From positions 10,195 through 74,194 of the forward strand of contig CAJUSU010000004.1 of assembly GCA_910589185.1 (NCBI GenBank): a DNA stretch of 64,000 nt, written 5' to 3'. The notes under the pieces are model-generated. The model was not told the DNA's origin. It worked only from the letters and a program-made list of their open reading frames with translations, and made no database searches. This document shows positions 29,407 through 37,979 of the stretch, piece after piece. The position numbers and the translations under genes are program-made. Each line of letters begins with the position of its first letter. Position 1 is the first letter of the stretch. Origin of the DNA: an uncultured Clostridia bacterium (lineage in GTDB: Bacteria; Bacillota; Clostridia; TANB77; CAG-508).

Positions 29407-30288
29407 ATGATTACTGCTGAATTAGTAAAACAATTAAGAGAAAAAACAGGTGCAGGAATGATGGACTGCAAAAAAGTATTAACAGAAACTAACGGAGATG
29501 AAGAAAAAGCAATTGAACTTTTACGTGAAAGAGGAATTGCAAAAGCTGCTAAGAAATCAGACAGAATTGCAGCTGAAGGATTAGTTACAACTTATGTAAC
29601 TGCTGACCAAAAAGTAGGAGCAGTAGTAGAAGTAAATGCAGAAACAGACTTCGTTGCTAAAAACGAAGAATTTAGAAACTTTGTAGCAGATATTGCAAAA
29701 CAAGTTGCAGAAAAAAATCCAGCTACAGTAGAAGAATTATTAGCACAAACATCTATGGTTGAAACAGACAAGACTATTCAAGATGTATTAACAAACAAAA
29801 TTGCTACAATCGGTGAAAATATGTCAATTCGTAGATTTGAAAGATTTGAAAGCAATGGTTTAGTAGAAAGCTATATCCATGGAGATGGAAAAATTGGCGT
29901 TTTAGTAGAAATGGAAAACGGAAATACAGAGCTTGCAAAAGATGTTTGTATGCAAATTGCAGCAGCTAGACCTGAATACTTAGATAGAGAAGCTGTTCCA
30001 GCTGACAGAGTAGCACATGAAATGGAAATTTTAAAAGCACAAGCAGTAAATGAAGGAAAACCAGAAGCAGTTGCTGAAAAAATTGTACAAGGTAGAATTA
30101 ATAAATTCTATGGTGAAATCTGCTTAGTAGAACAAGACTTCGTAAAAGATCCAGACCAAACAGTTGGAAAATTAGTAGAATCTAAAGGAGCAAAAATTGT
30201 TAGATTTGCAAGATTTGAAAAAGGTGAAGGATTACAAAAAAGAGAAGAAAACTTTGCTGAAGAAGTAGCAAAACAAATTAATGGATAA
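29407..30288 (+). CDS. tsf: Elongation factor Ts
   Basis: LVKQLREKTGAGMMDCKKAL UBA-like N-terminus, in the rpsB-tsf context. Confidence 0.95.
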   Translation: MITAELVKQLREKTGAGMMDCKKVLTETNGDEEKAIELLRERGIAKAAKKSDRIAAEGLVTTYVTADQKVGAVVEVNAETDFVAKNEEFRNFVADIAKQVAEKNPATVEELLAQTSMVETDKTIQDVLTNKIATIGENMSIRRFERFESNGLVESYIHGDGKIGVLVEMENGNTELAKDVCMQIAAARPEYLDREAVPADRVAHEMEILKAQAVNEGKPEAVAEKIVQGRINKFYGEICLVEQDFVKDPDQTVGKLVESKGAKIVRFARFEKGEGLQKREENFAEEVAKQING

Positions 30289-30362
30289 TAAAATAAACAA
30301 AGTTAGAAAAAATCTTTATCATTAGATAGAGATTTTTTCTTTGCGAAAATTCCAAAAATCTA

Positions 30363-30415
30363 TTGACAAAAAACAAAAATAAGCATATCATGAATATATG
30401 AACAAGTAATCATAT
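30363..30415 (+). promoter_or_regulatory. Promoter (TTGACA-17-TATCAT) with an overlapping inverted repeat, candidate ArsR/SmtB operator
   Basis: ATATGA-N8-TCATAT palindrome immediately downstream of and overlapping the -10. Confidence 0.4.
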
Positions 30416-30439
30416 ATAATATATAGAGGAGGAAGAACA

Positions 30440-30799
30440 ATGCAAGAAGAATTTGTATGTCAAGAAAATTGCCCACATCTAGCTAAAATTCATGAGGTAG
30501 AAGTGAATAAAATTCCAAGAGAAGAAATGCTAACTTTATCAGAAATGTTTAAATTATTTAGTGACGAAACAAGACTTAGAATTATTTGTAGCTTATTAAA
30601 TACCGAACTTTGCGTATGTGATTTGTGCGAATTGTTAAATCTAAACCAATCAGCAGTATCACATCAATTACAACTATTAAGGGGAAGTAAGCTTGTAAAA
30701 TATAGAAAAGAAGGAAAGCAAGTATTTTATAGCTTAGAAGATAATCATATAGAAAGCATTATTAAAATTGCAATTGCACATATGAGAGAAGAAAAATAG
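30440..30799 (+). CDS. ArsR/SmtB-family metalloregulator (CadC-like)
   Basis: wHTH with the CVCDLCELLNLNQSAVSHQLQLL metal-sensing/recognition helix region. Confidence 0.85.
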   Translation: MQEEFVCQENCPHLAKIHEVEVNKIPREEMLTLSEMFKLFSDETRLRIICSLLNTELCVCDLCELLNLNQSAVSHQLQLLRGSKLVKYRKEGKQVFYSLEDNHIESIIKIAIAHMREEK

Positions 30800-30815
30800 A
30801 AGGGAGGAAATAGGC

Positions 30816-32705
30816 ATGGCTTGTAATCATGGACATTGCACAGAACATCATCACACAAAAGAAGAAATATTAGAAGAAAAGGAAGATAAGAAAAAAGAAA
30901 TTATCCTATATGTAGTAGCAGTTGCCACGTTTTTAATCACTTTTATTCCTATTCTTCCAGAAGGTGTTAAAATAGTTTTTTATGTTCTTACTCTTTTCAT
31001 ATCAGGTTATGAACTATTTTTAGAAGGAATAAAGAATATCTTTCATTTTAGATTTGAAGAAGATACTTTAATGACAATTGCAGTTATTGCAGCATGTTGT
31101 CTAGGAGATTTTAGAGAAGCTTGTTTAGTCGTACTGCTATTTTCTTTAGGTGAATTTATTGAAGACATGGCGGTAGCAAAATCAAATAGACATATTGAAA
31201 CAATAGTAGACATGAAAACAGACACTGCAAATCTCTATCAAGGAAATGAAGTTGTGGTAGTGCCAGTAGAGGACTTAAAAGTAGGAGATAAAATCTTAAT
31301 TAAGCCAGGAGAAATGGTACCAGTGGATAGCAAAGTTTTATCTGGAAAATCCACATTAGACACTTCTAGACTAACAGGGGAAAGTGAGCCAATAGCTGTG
31401 ACAGAAGGGCAAGAGATTTTGTCAGGAAATAGCAATTTGAATGGAAGTTTAACAGCGGAGGTAATCAGGAAATACAAGGACTCTACTGCTTCACAAATTA
31501 TAGATTTGGTATATGAAGCAACCAATAACAAGGGAAAGACAGAAAAGTTCATTACGAAGTTTTCTAGAATTTATACACCAACTGTTATGGTTTTAGCCTT
31601 AGCTATTAGTATCATTCCTATCTTAATAGGATTAGATGCTAGAACTTGGATAACAAGGGCGTTAGTATTTCTAGTAGCTTCTTGTCCATGCAGTATTGTT
31701 ATTTCTATTCCGCTAGCATTCTTCTCTTGTGTAGGAGTACTATCCAAGAAGGGACTATTAGTAAAGGGAACAAAACATATAGAGGCATTAGCGAAGGCAA
31801 GAACAATCTGCTTTGATAAAACAGGAACTATCACAACAGGCAAAATGGTAATAGATGAGATATCTGAAAGTGAAAAGAAAAAGGAATTCCTTTCTTACTT
31901 ATATAGCTTAGAACATTTATCAAACCATCCAATTGCTACCAGTATAGAAAATGAAGTACAAAAGCAAGGGTGGGAAAAAGAAGAGCTATTGCAAGATGTA
32001 GCAGAACAAGAAGAAATTGCAGGATATGGTATCAAAGGAGTAATACAAGGAAAGCAAGTTCTTTTTGGAAATCAAAAGTTATTAGACCAATATCAAGTTT
32101 CTTATCCAGAGGATTTAGATAAAAAGGGAATTTATCTAGCAGTAGACGGAAAACTATATGGATATATTACACTCAAAGAGGAGATTAGAAAAGGTGTAGA
32201 AAATTTGAAAGCTAATTTGGAGAAAATAGGCATTCATAAAATTGTGATGTTAACAGGAGATGGCTTAGAAAAAGCAGAAGAAATATCACAAAAAATTGGA
32301 GAAATAGAGGTATATGCTAGTCTACTCCCAAAAGAAAAATTAGAAAAAGTAGAGGAGTTTAAGAAGAACAGTAAAGTTATTTTCGTAGGAGATGGTATCA
32401 ATGATAGTCCAGTTTTAGCTAACTCCGACTTTAGCGTTTCTATGGGAGAAGGTGCACAAATTGCAAGTAACACAGCAGATAGTATCCTAATTTCTAATCA
32501 AATTGCGATACTTCCTAATATCATTAAAACCGCAAAATCTAGTATGAGAATTATCTATTTTAACATGTTGTTTTCTCTTCTTACTAAATTAGTGGTACTT
32601 ATTTTAGGAGTAGCGGGATATGCCCCAATTTGGCTAGCTGTTTTTGCAGATGTTGGAGTGACATTAATTACAGTGCTAAATAGTATTAGAATTTATAGAA
32701 AATAG
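30816..32705 (+). CDS. Heavy-metal translocating P1B-type ATPase (Cd/Zn/Co-type)
   Basis: CPC motif (ASCPCSIV), DKTGT phosphorylation site, GDGINDSP. The N-terminus is His/Cys-rich (MACNHGHCTEHHH), and there is no canonical HMA GMxCxxC domain. Confidence 0.85.
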   Translation: MACNHGHCTEHHHTKEEILEEKEDKKKEIILYVVAVATFLITFIPILPEGVKIVFYVLTLFISGYELFLEGIKNIFHFRFEEDTLMTIAVIAACCLGDFREACLVVLLFSLGEFIEDMAVAKSNRHIETIVDMKTDTANLYQGNEVVVVPVEDLKVGDKILIKPGEMVPVDSKVLSGKSTLDTSRLTGESEPIAVTEGQEILSGNSNLNGSLTAEVIRKYKDSTASQIIDLVYEATNNKGKTEKFITKFSRIYTPTVMVLALAISIIPILIGLDARTWITRALVFLVASCPCSIVISIPLAFFSCVGVLSKKGLLVKGTKHIEALAKARTICFDKTGTITTGKMVIDEISESEKKKEFLSYLYSLEHLSNHPIATSIENEVQKQGWEKEELLQDVAEQEEIAGYGIKGVIQGKQVLFGNQKLLDQYQVSYPEDLDKKGIYLAVDGKLYGYITLKEEIRKGVENLKANLEKIGIHKIVMLTGDGLEKAEEISQKIGEIEVYASLLPKEKLEKVEEFKKNSKVIFVGDGINDSPVLANSDFSVSMGEGAQIASNTADSILISNQIAILPNIIKTAKSSMRIIYFNMLFSLLTKLVVLILGVAGYAPIWLAVFADVGVTLITVLNSIRIYRK

Positions 32706-32721
32706 ATTTCATAGACCACCC

Positions 32722-32752
32722 GCCAAACTACAAAATGTAGTTTGGCATTTTT
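32722..32752 (+). terminator. Rho-independent terminator
   Basis: GCCAAACTACA aaa TGTAGTTTGGC followed by ATTTTT. Confidence 0.65.
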
Positions 32753-32828
32753 AACGATAATTCTTAAACATTCCCTTGTTTAAAGTACAGGGATTTGATA
32801 TAATAGCCACTAGAAAGAAGGTGCAAAT

Positions 32829-33566
32829 ATGATATTAAAAATAATTACTTTCAATGTTGCACACGGAAAAGGAATGGACGAACAAGTAGACATTATTAGG
32901 CAGGCAAATTTAATTAAAGAATATCAACCAGACATTGTATTTTTACAAGAAATAGACATGTATACTAAAAGAGTGGGTGAGACGAATCAAATTCGTGAAT
33001 TTAGCAAACAGTTAAGACTACCCTATTGTTCAATGGAAAGCAATATCACAATAGCAGATGGATATTATGGAGATGGAATTATTAGTAGATTTCCAATTGC
33101 ATTTTCTACCAACTATTTAATGCCACTAACCGATATCAACCACGAACAAAGAGGAATATTATGTAATCAAATTTCTTTTGGAACTACCAAGATTAATCTA
33201 TTTTCAGTGCACTTATCTACCTATGCAGACGAAAGAGTATTAGCAGCAAAGGAAATGAATAGAATTCTTCGTAAAATAGATAAAAATGAACTTGTGATAA
33301 TAGGGGGAGACTTTAATGTAGGTGTTACAAGGCTTGGAAAAGGTAAATATATCTTTGAAGAGGCTGAAGCTTATGAAGAATATGAAATACTAAAACAAAC
33401 CCTAGAGCAAGTACCAAATAAAAAAGATACATGGTTCTCTAAATTAGGGAAAGGATGTATTGATACCATTTTTTATTCAAAAGGAATTAGACTAAACAAG
33501 TATGAAACGATTGAAGCAAATGGGTTATCAGACCATAACCCTATTTATGCAGAATTTGATATATAG
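32829..33566 (+). CDS. Endonuclease/exonuclease/phosphatase (EEP) family protein
   Basis: 245 aa with an EEP-like layout (N-terminal ..TFNVAHGKG.., C-terminal SDHNPIYAEF). Confidence 0.65.
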   Translation: MILKIITFNVAHGKGMDEQVDIIRQANLIKEYQPDIVFLQEIDMYTKRVGETNQIREFSKQLRLPYCSMESNITIADGYYGDGIISRFPIAFSTNYLMPLTDINHEQRGILCNQISFGTTKINLFSVHLSTYADERVLAAKEMNRILRKIDKNELVIIGGDFNVGVTRLGKGKYIFEEAEAYEEYEILKQTLEQVPNKKDTWFSKLGKGCIDTIFYSKGIRLNKYETIEANGLSDHNPIYAEFDI

Positions 33567-33623
33567 AAATTAGAGCACATAGAATTAGCAGAATTGCTAA
33601 TTTATATAAAAGGAGCGTAAACA

Positions 33624-35309
33624 ATGTCAGAAAAAACAAAAATAAAATTTCATGTGTTAGCAATATTTTGTATTTTAATTTTTTGCTTTGCATTAACACC
33701 AGTTACTTTCCAAAATGATACTTATTATAGCATTACCATTGGAAAACACATTATCGAAACTGGGAATATTGATATGCAGGACCCATTCTCTTGGCATGAG
33801 GACTTGCCATATACTTATCCTCATTGGGGATATGATGTAGCAACTTATCTAGTTTACCAATTAGGAGAAACTGTGGGAATTGGAGGGTTAGCAGCAATCT
33901 ATATAGCAACTATTCTTTTGGCGATGACACTAGGAGTGCTGATTTATTACATTTTAAATAAACTATGCAAAAATCCATTAGTTAGCTTTTTTATTGCTAT
34001 GGTTATTATGTATCTATTGAAAGACTTTATCACAGCAAGGGCACAACTTGTAACTTATATTCTATTTGCACTCACAATTTTGTTTATAGAACAGTTTATT
34101 CAAACCAAAAAGAAGAGATACGCAGTTTATTTAGTGATTATTCCAACTCTACTTGCTAACTTACATTGCGCAGTATGGCCATTTTATTTTGTATTATACT
34201 TACCATACATTGCAGAATATATACTAGCTCTTACATGTGATACTAAATTATATTATTGGTTTGCTATGAAAATAAATAAAGCTAAATTAGAAAAATTGAT
34301 TAAAAAAGGCGAAAAAGACGCCATTGAGAAACAAGAAGGCAAGCTTGCTCAATTACAATTAGACAAAGAAAAATCAGAAGAAAATACAAAGAAAAGAAGA
34401 GAAAGACCTTATAAAGTCATTTTTGAAAAAAAGCCAGCAGTAAAATGGCTAATCATTATTATGATTATATGCATTTTTACAGGACTTTTAACACCATTAG
34501 GAGAAGTGCCATATACATACCTTGTTAAAACTATGCAAGGAAATACAACACAAAATATTAGTGAACATCAGCCATTAGTGTTGATTAACAACAGGGCAAT
34601 GCTAATTACATTTATAGTATATATACTTTTACTAATTTTCACAGATACAAAAGCAAGTTTAAGTGATTTCTTTATGATAGGTGGACTTACAATATTAAGC
34701 TTGATGTCTAGAAGGCAAACTGCTTTGTTTGCTATTATGGGAGGCTTCATTTTTGCCAAGTTAATAGCGGCATTAATTGAAAAATATGACAAAAATGGTA
34801 CAAAGGCAGTAGTAGAATTTGCAACTACTATTTTAGGAAGAATATTTACTGTTCTAATAGTGATTTTGTTGAGTATTTTACTATATCGTGGAAAAGAAAG
34901 AGACCATTTTGTGAATGAAAGATCTTATCCTGTACAAGCTTCTGACTTTATTCTAGAAAATCTAGATATTAATAATATACGACTATTTAATGAATATAAT
35001 TATGGAAGTTATTTGCTTTATCGTGGAATTCCAGTCTTTATTGACTCTAGAGCAGATTTATATGCGCCAGAGTTTAATGGAACTAAAAATGAAGAGGGAA
35101 AATGGGAAGGAAGAGATATCTTTTCAGATTATATTAATGTTTCTAATATTAGTACCTATTATGAAGATAAAATGGTAAAATATGATATTACACATGTTAT
35201 TATTGGTAAAAACACAAAATTAAATATGTTTTTATCAAGAGATGACAAATATATAGAATTGTATTCAGACGATTACTTCGTAGTTTATGAAAGAATAATT
35301 GATAATTAA
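33624..35309 (+). CDS. Polytopic membrane protein, possibly a GT-C-like glycosyltransferase
   Basis: ~12 predicted TM helices, an internal K/E-rich cytoplasmic loop and a C-terminal soluble domain. No confident family assignment. Confidence 0.4.
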   Translation: MSEKTKIKFHVLAIFCILIFCFALTPVTFQNDTYYSITIGKHIIETGNIDMQDPFSWHEDLPYTYPHWGYDVATYLVYQLGETVGIGGLAAIYIATILLAMTLGVLIYYILNKLCKNPLVSFFIAMVIMYLLKDFITARAQLVTYILFALTILFIEQFIQTKKKRYAVYLVIIPTLLANLHCAVWPFYFVLYLPYIAEYILALTCDTKLYYWFAMKINKAKLEKLIKKGEKDAIEKQEGKLAQLQLDKEKSEENTKKRRERPYKVIFEKKPAVKWLIIIMIICIFTGLLTPLGEVPYTYLVKTMQGNTTQNISEHQPLVLINNRAMLITFIVYILLLIFTDTKASLSDFFMIGGLTILSLMSRRQTALFAIMGGFIFAKLIAALIEKYDKNGTKAVVEFATTILGRIFTVLIVILLSILLYRGKERDHFVNERSYPVQASDFILENLDINNIRLFNEYNYGSYLLYRGIPVFIDSRADLYAPEFNGTKNEEGKWEGRDIFSDYINVSNISTYYEDKMVKYDITHVIIGKNTKLNMFLSRDDKYIELYSDDYFVVYERIIDN

Positions 35310-35321
35310 GAGGAGACAAAA

Positions 35322-36218
35322 TTGATTGTAGAAGAAAGCGGACAACGAATTGATAAATATATAGCAGAAAAGCAGGGAATATCTCGTGTAGCTGTTCAAA
35401 GATTGATAGAAGAAGAAAACATTTTAGTAAATGGTAAGGCAACGAAATCTTCTTATTTGACACAAGTAGGAGATGTAGTGACTATTCAAGTGCCAGAAGT
35501 GAAAGAAATAGGGTTACAACCACAAGAACTCCCATTAGATGTTGTATATGAAGATGAAGATATCATAGTAATTAATAAAGCAAAAGGAATGGTAGTACAT
35601 CCTGCAGCAGGAAACCCAGATGGTACTTTAGTCAATGCGATAATGGCACATTGTAAAGGAAAATTATCAGGAATTGGAGGAGAACTAAGACCAGGTATTG
35701 TACACCGCTTAGATAAAGATACATCAGGACTATTAATTGTTGCCAAAAATGATAAAGCACATTTGCGAATTAGTGAGCAAATTCAAAATAGAGAAGTAAA
35801 AAAGACCTATTTAGCTTTAGTAAAAGGAATCGTACCAGAAAATGAAGCAACCATTAAAATGCCAATAGGAAGAAGTAACAAAGACCGTAAAAAAATGGCA
35901 GTAACACCAAAGGGAAAAGAAGCGATTACTCATTTTAAAGTGCTAGAAAGATTTGAGAAGTATACCTACTTAGAAGTTAAAATCGAAACTGGAAGAACAC
36001 ATCAAATTAGGGTACACATGGCAGAAATAGGACACCCAGTAGTAGGAGATATGGTATATTCTAATGGAAAGAATGAATTTAACATAGAAGGACAAATGCT
36101 ACATGCGCATAGGTTAGAATTTAAGCATCCTATTACAGAGAAAGATATGTGTTTAGAAGCGCCTTTGCCAGAGTATTTTGCAAATATAGTATCAGACTTA
36201 AGAAATAGAGGAAAATAG
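35322..36218 (+). CDS. rluD: RluA-family 23S rRNA pseudouridine synthase (RluD-like)
   Basis: S4 domain at the N-terminus and catalytic motif HRLDKDTSGLL. TTG start. Confidence 0.9.
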   Translation: MIVEESGQRIDKYIAEKQGISRVAVQRLIEEENILVNGKATKSSYLTQVGDVVTIQVPEVKEIGLQPQELPLDVVYEDEDIIVINKAKGMVVHPAAGNPDGTLVNAIMAHCKGKLSGIGGELRPGIVHRLDKDTSGLLIVAKNDKAHLRISEQIQNREVKKTYLALVKGIVPENEATIKMPIGRSNKDRKKMAVTPKGKEAITHFKVLERFEKYTYLEVKIETGRTHQIRVHMAEIGHPVVGDMVYSNGKNEFNIEGQMLHAHRLEFKHPITEKDMCLEAPLPEYFANIVSDLRNRGK

Positions 36219-36220
36219 AA

Positions 36221-36961
36221 ATGGAAGAACGTTTACAAAAATTCTTAGCCAATCAAGGGATTTGTTCTAGACGAAAAGCAGAAGAAAAGATTTTGCAAGG
36301 AAAAGTCAAAGTCAATGGACAAGTCATAACAGAGCTTGGGACAAAAATAGACCCTGAAAAAGATGAAATATGCTATGAAGATAAACTAGTCTCAAATCAG
36401 ATAGAAAAAGTATATATTTTATTAAACAAACCCATTGGTTATGTTACAACAGTAAAAGATCAATTTAATAGACCAACTGTTATGGAATTGTTGAAGGAAC
36501 ATGGCAAGAGGATCAAAACTTCTGTTGTGCCTGTAGGAAGATTAGATATGTATACTTCAGGAGCTTTGATTTTAAGCAATGATGGAGAATTTGTATATAA
36601 GATAACGCATCCAAAACATGAAATAACTAAAACATATCAAGTGACAGTAAAAGGGACTATCGCTGAATCTGAGGTAGAACAATTAAAACAAGGTGTAGAT
36701 ATTGGTGAGTATGTTACAAAACCAGCACAAGTAAGAATTATGAAAATAGATAGCGAAAAAGATATTTCTAGGCTGGAAATTACTATTCATGAGGGGAAAA
36801 ATAGACAAGTAAGGCGTATGTGTGAAGCGGTAGGAAGAAAAGTATTAGCCTTACATAGAAGCAAAATAGGGAATCTCAATGTAAAAGATTTGAAATTAGG
36901 ACAATGGAGATATTTAAAAGAAGAAGAAGTTGGACAAATCTTAAGATATATGTTACAATGA
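36221..36961 (+). CDS. RsuA/RluB-family rRNA pseudouridine synthase
   Basis: S4 domain and catalytic motif GRLDMYTSGALILSNDG. Confidence 0.9.
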   Translation: MEERLQKFLANQGICSRRKAEEKILQGKVKVNGQVITELGTKIDPEKDEICYEDKLVSNQIEKVYILLNKPIGYVTTVKDQFNRPTVMELLKEHGKRIKTSVVPVGRLDMYTSGALILSNDGEFVYKITHPKHEITKTYQVTVKGTIAESEVEQLKQGVDIGEYVTKPAQVRIMKIDSEKDISRLEITIHEGKNRQVRRMCEAVGRKVLALHRSKIGNLNVKDLKLGQWRYLKEEEVGQILRYMLQ

Positions 36962-36978
36962 GTTTGGAGGAAAAAAAT

Positions 36979-37920
36979 ATGGTAGAAGATAATGAGATAA
37001 AAGCAACGGTATCACCGTTTGCAGTTCGCCCAGGTGAATTAAAAGTATTTGACGGAAAAGATGGCTATGTGTCCATGAACCAAATTATACATAGAATTAA
37101 TATAGGGCATATTAATGATTTACACTTTGCTATTATGGAGTTAGTGAATGAATTTGAGTTTATTACTTCAAGACAATTACTACAAATGCTAGAATGGAAG
37201 GGAATTGAAGTTGGTTCACAAGATAAACTAAATATGAAGTTAGAACAATTAGTAAAAACGAAAATTTTGACAAGATATTATTTTGACTCTGAAGACGGAA
37301 AAGGAATTTATCGTATTTATTGTTTAGAAAAGATGGGAAAATATCTACTTAATTCTCGTAATATTGAATCAAATTGGCAACCAACAGATAACACAAAACC
37401 AGTTCCTATGATTAAGAAGAGATTAGCTGGAAACCAAACTATGATAGCATATTTAAGAAAGGTAAAAGCATTTGATTCGTATATGCCAAAACCAGCATTT
37501 ACTGCAAAAATGGCAGGAAAAACATTTAAAGCAAGTGGAGGAAGTGTTACATTAACTAAAAATAATAAGTCTATTCAATTTGTTTTTGAGGTAATTCGTA
37601 GAGAAGAGGATTGGGAAAAGAAATTGGTAGATAAAATGCGATTATATAAAGATTTTTATGATAATTATCAAACTGGTGATTCTGGATATATGCAATTACC
37701 ACAATTGATTTTAATTTGTGAAGATGAAAAACATATGGCAGAAACATTTAAAAATATTGTTATGAATCAAGTAGAAATTGCAAAAATTAAATTATACTTT
37801 ACTACCGATTTAAGACAAAATGAAGAAACATTAGCAAAAACTTTAGTAGAATTCAAATTAGATGAAGAAACGAAAAAATATAAAATGGAAAATATTGAAG
37901 TGAAATTATTAGGCATATAA
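36979..37920 (+). CDS. Replication-relaxation-like winged-helix protein (putative mobile-element DNA-processing accessory protein)
   Basis: 314 aa; the wHTH-like N-terminal region (ITSRQLLQMLEW...) resembles the Replic_Relax family. Tightly linked (17-nt gap) to the upstream rsuA-like gene and convergent with the TraG/VirD4-like ATPase. Confidence 0.4.
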   Translation: MVEDNEIKATVSPFAVRPGELKVFDGKDGYVSMNQIIHRINIGHINDLHFAIMELVNEFEFITSRQLLQMLEWKGIEVGSQDKLNMKLEQLVKTKILTRYYFDSEDGKGIYRIYCLEKMGKYLLNSRNIESNWQPTDNTKPVPMIKKRLAGNQTMIAYLRKVKAFDSYMPKPAFTAKMAGKTFKASGGSVTLTKNNKSIQFVFEVIRREEDWEKKLVDKMRLYKDFYDNYQTGDSGYMQLPQLILICEDEKHMAETFKNIVMNQVEIAKIKLYFTTDLRQNEETLAKTLVEFKLDEETKKYKMENIEVKLLGI

Positions 37921-37940
37921 GCACTTTGCCATTAAAAAAT

Positions 37941-37979
37941 AAAAAAGTCTCCCAGTTTTATACTGGGAGCTATTTTTTA
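37941..37979. terminator. Bidirectional terminator between convergent genes
   Basis: CTCCCAGT ttttat ACTGGGAG, flanked by an A-run and a T-run. Confidence 0.65.

Noticed and set aside
31043-32473. Minus-strand ORFs antisense to the P-type ATPase gene
   Set aside because: Antisense artefacts within a confidently identified CDS.
34990-35178. 62-aa plus-strand ORF inside the 33624-35309 membrane-protein gene
   Set aside because: Same-strand, out-of-frame overlap inside a long continuous CDS; a spurious call.
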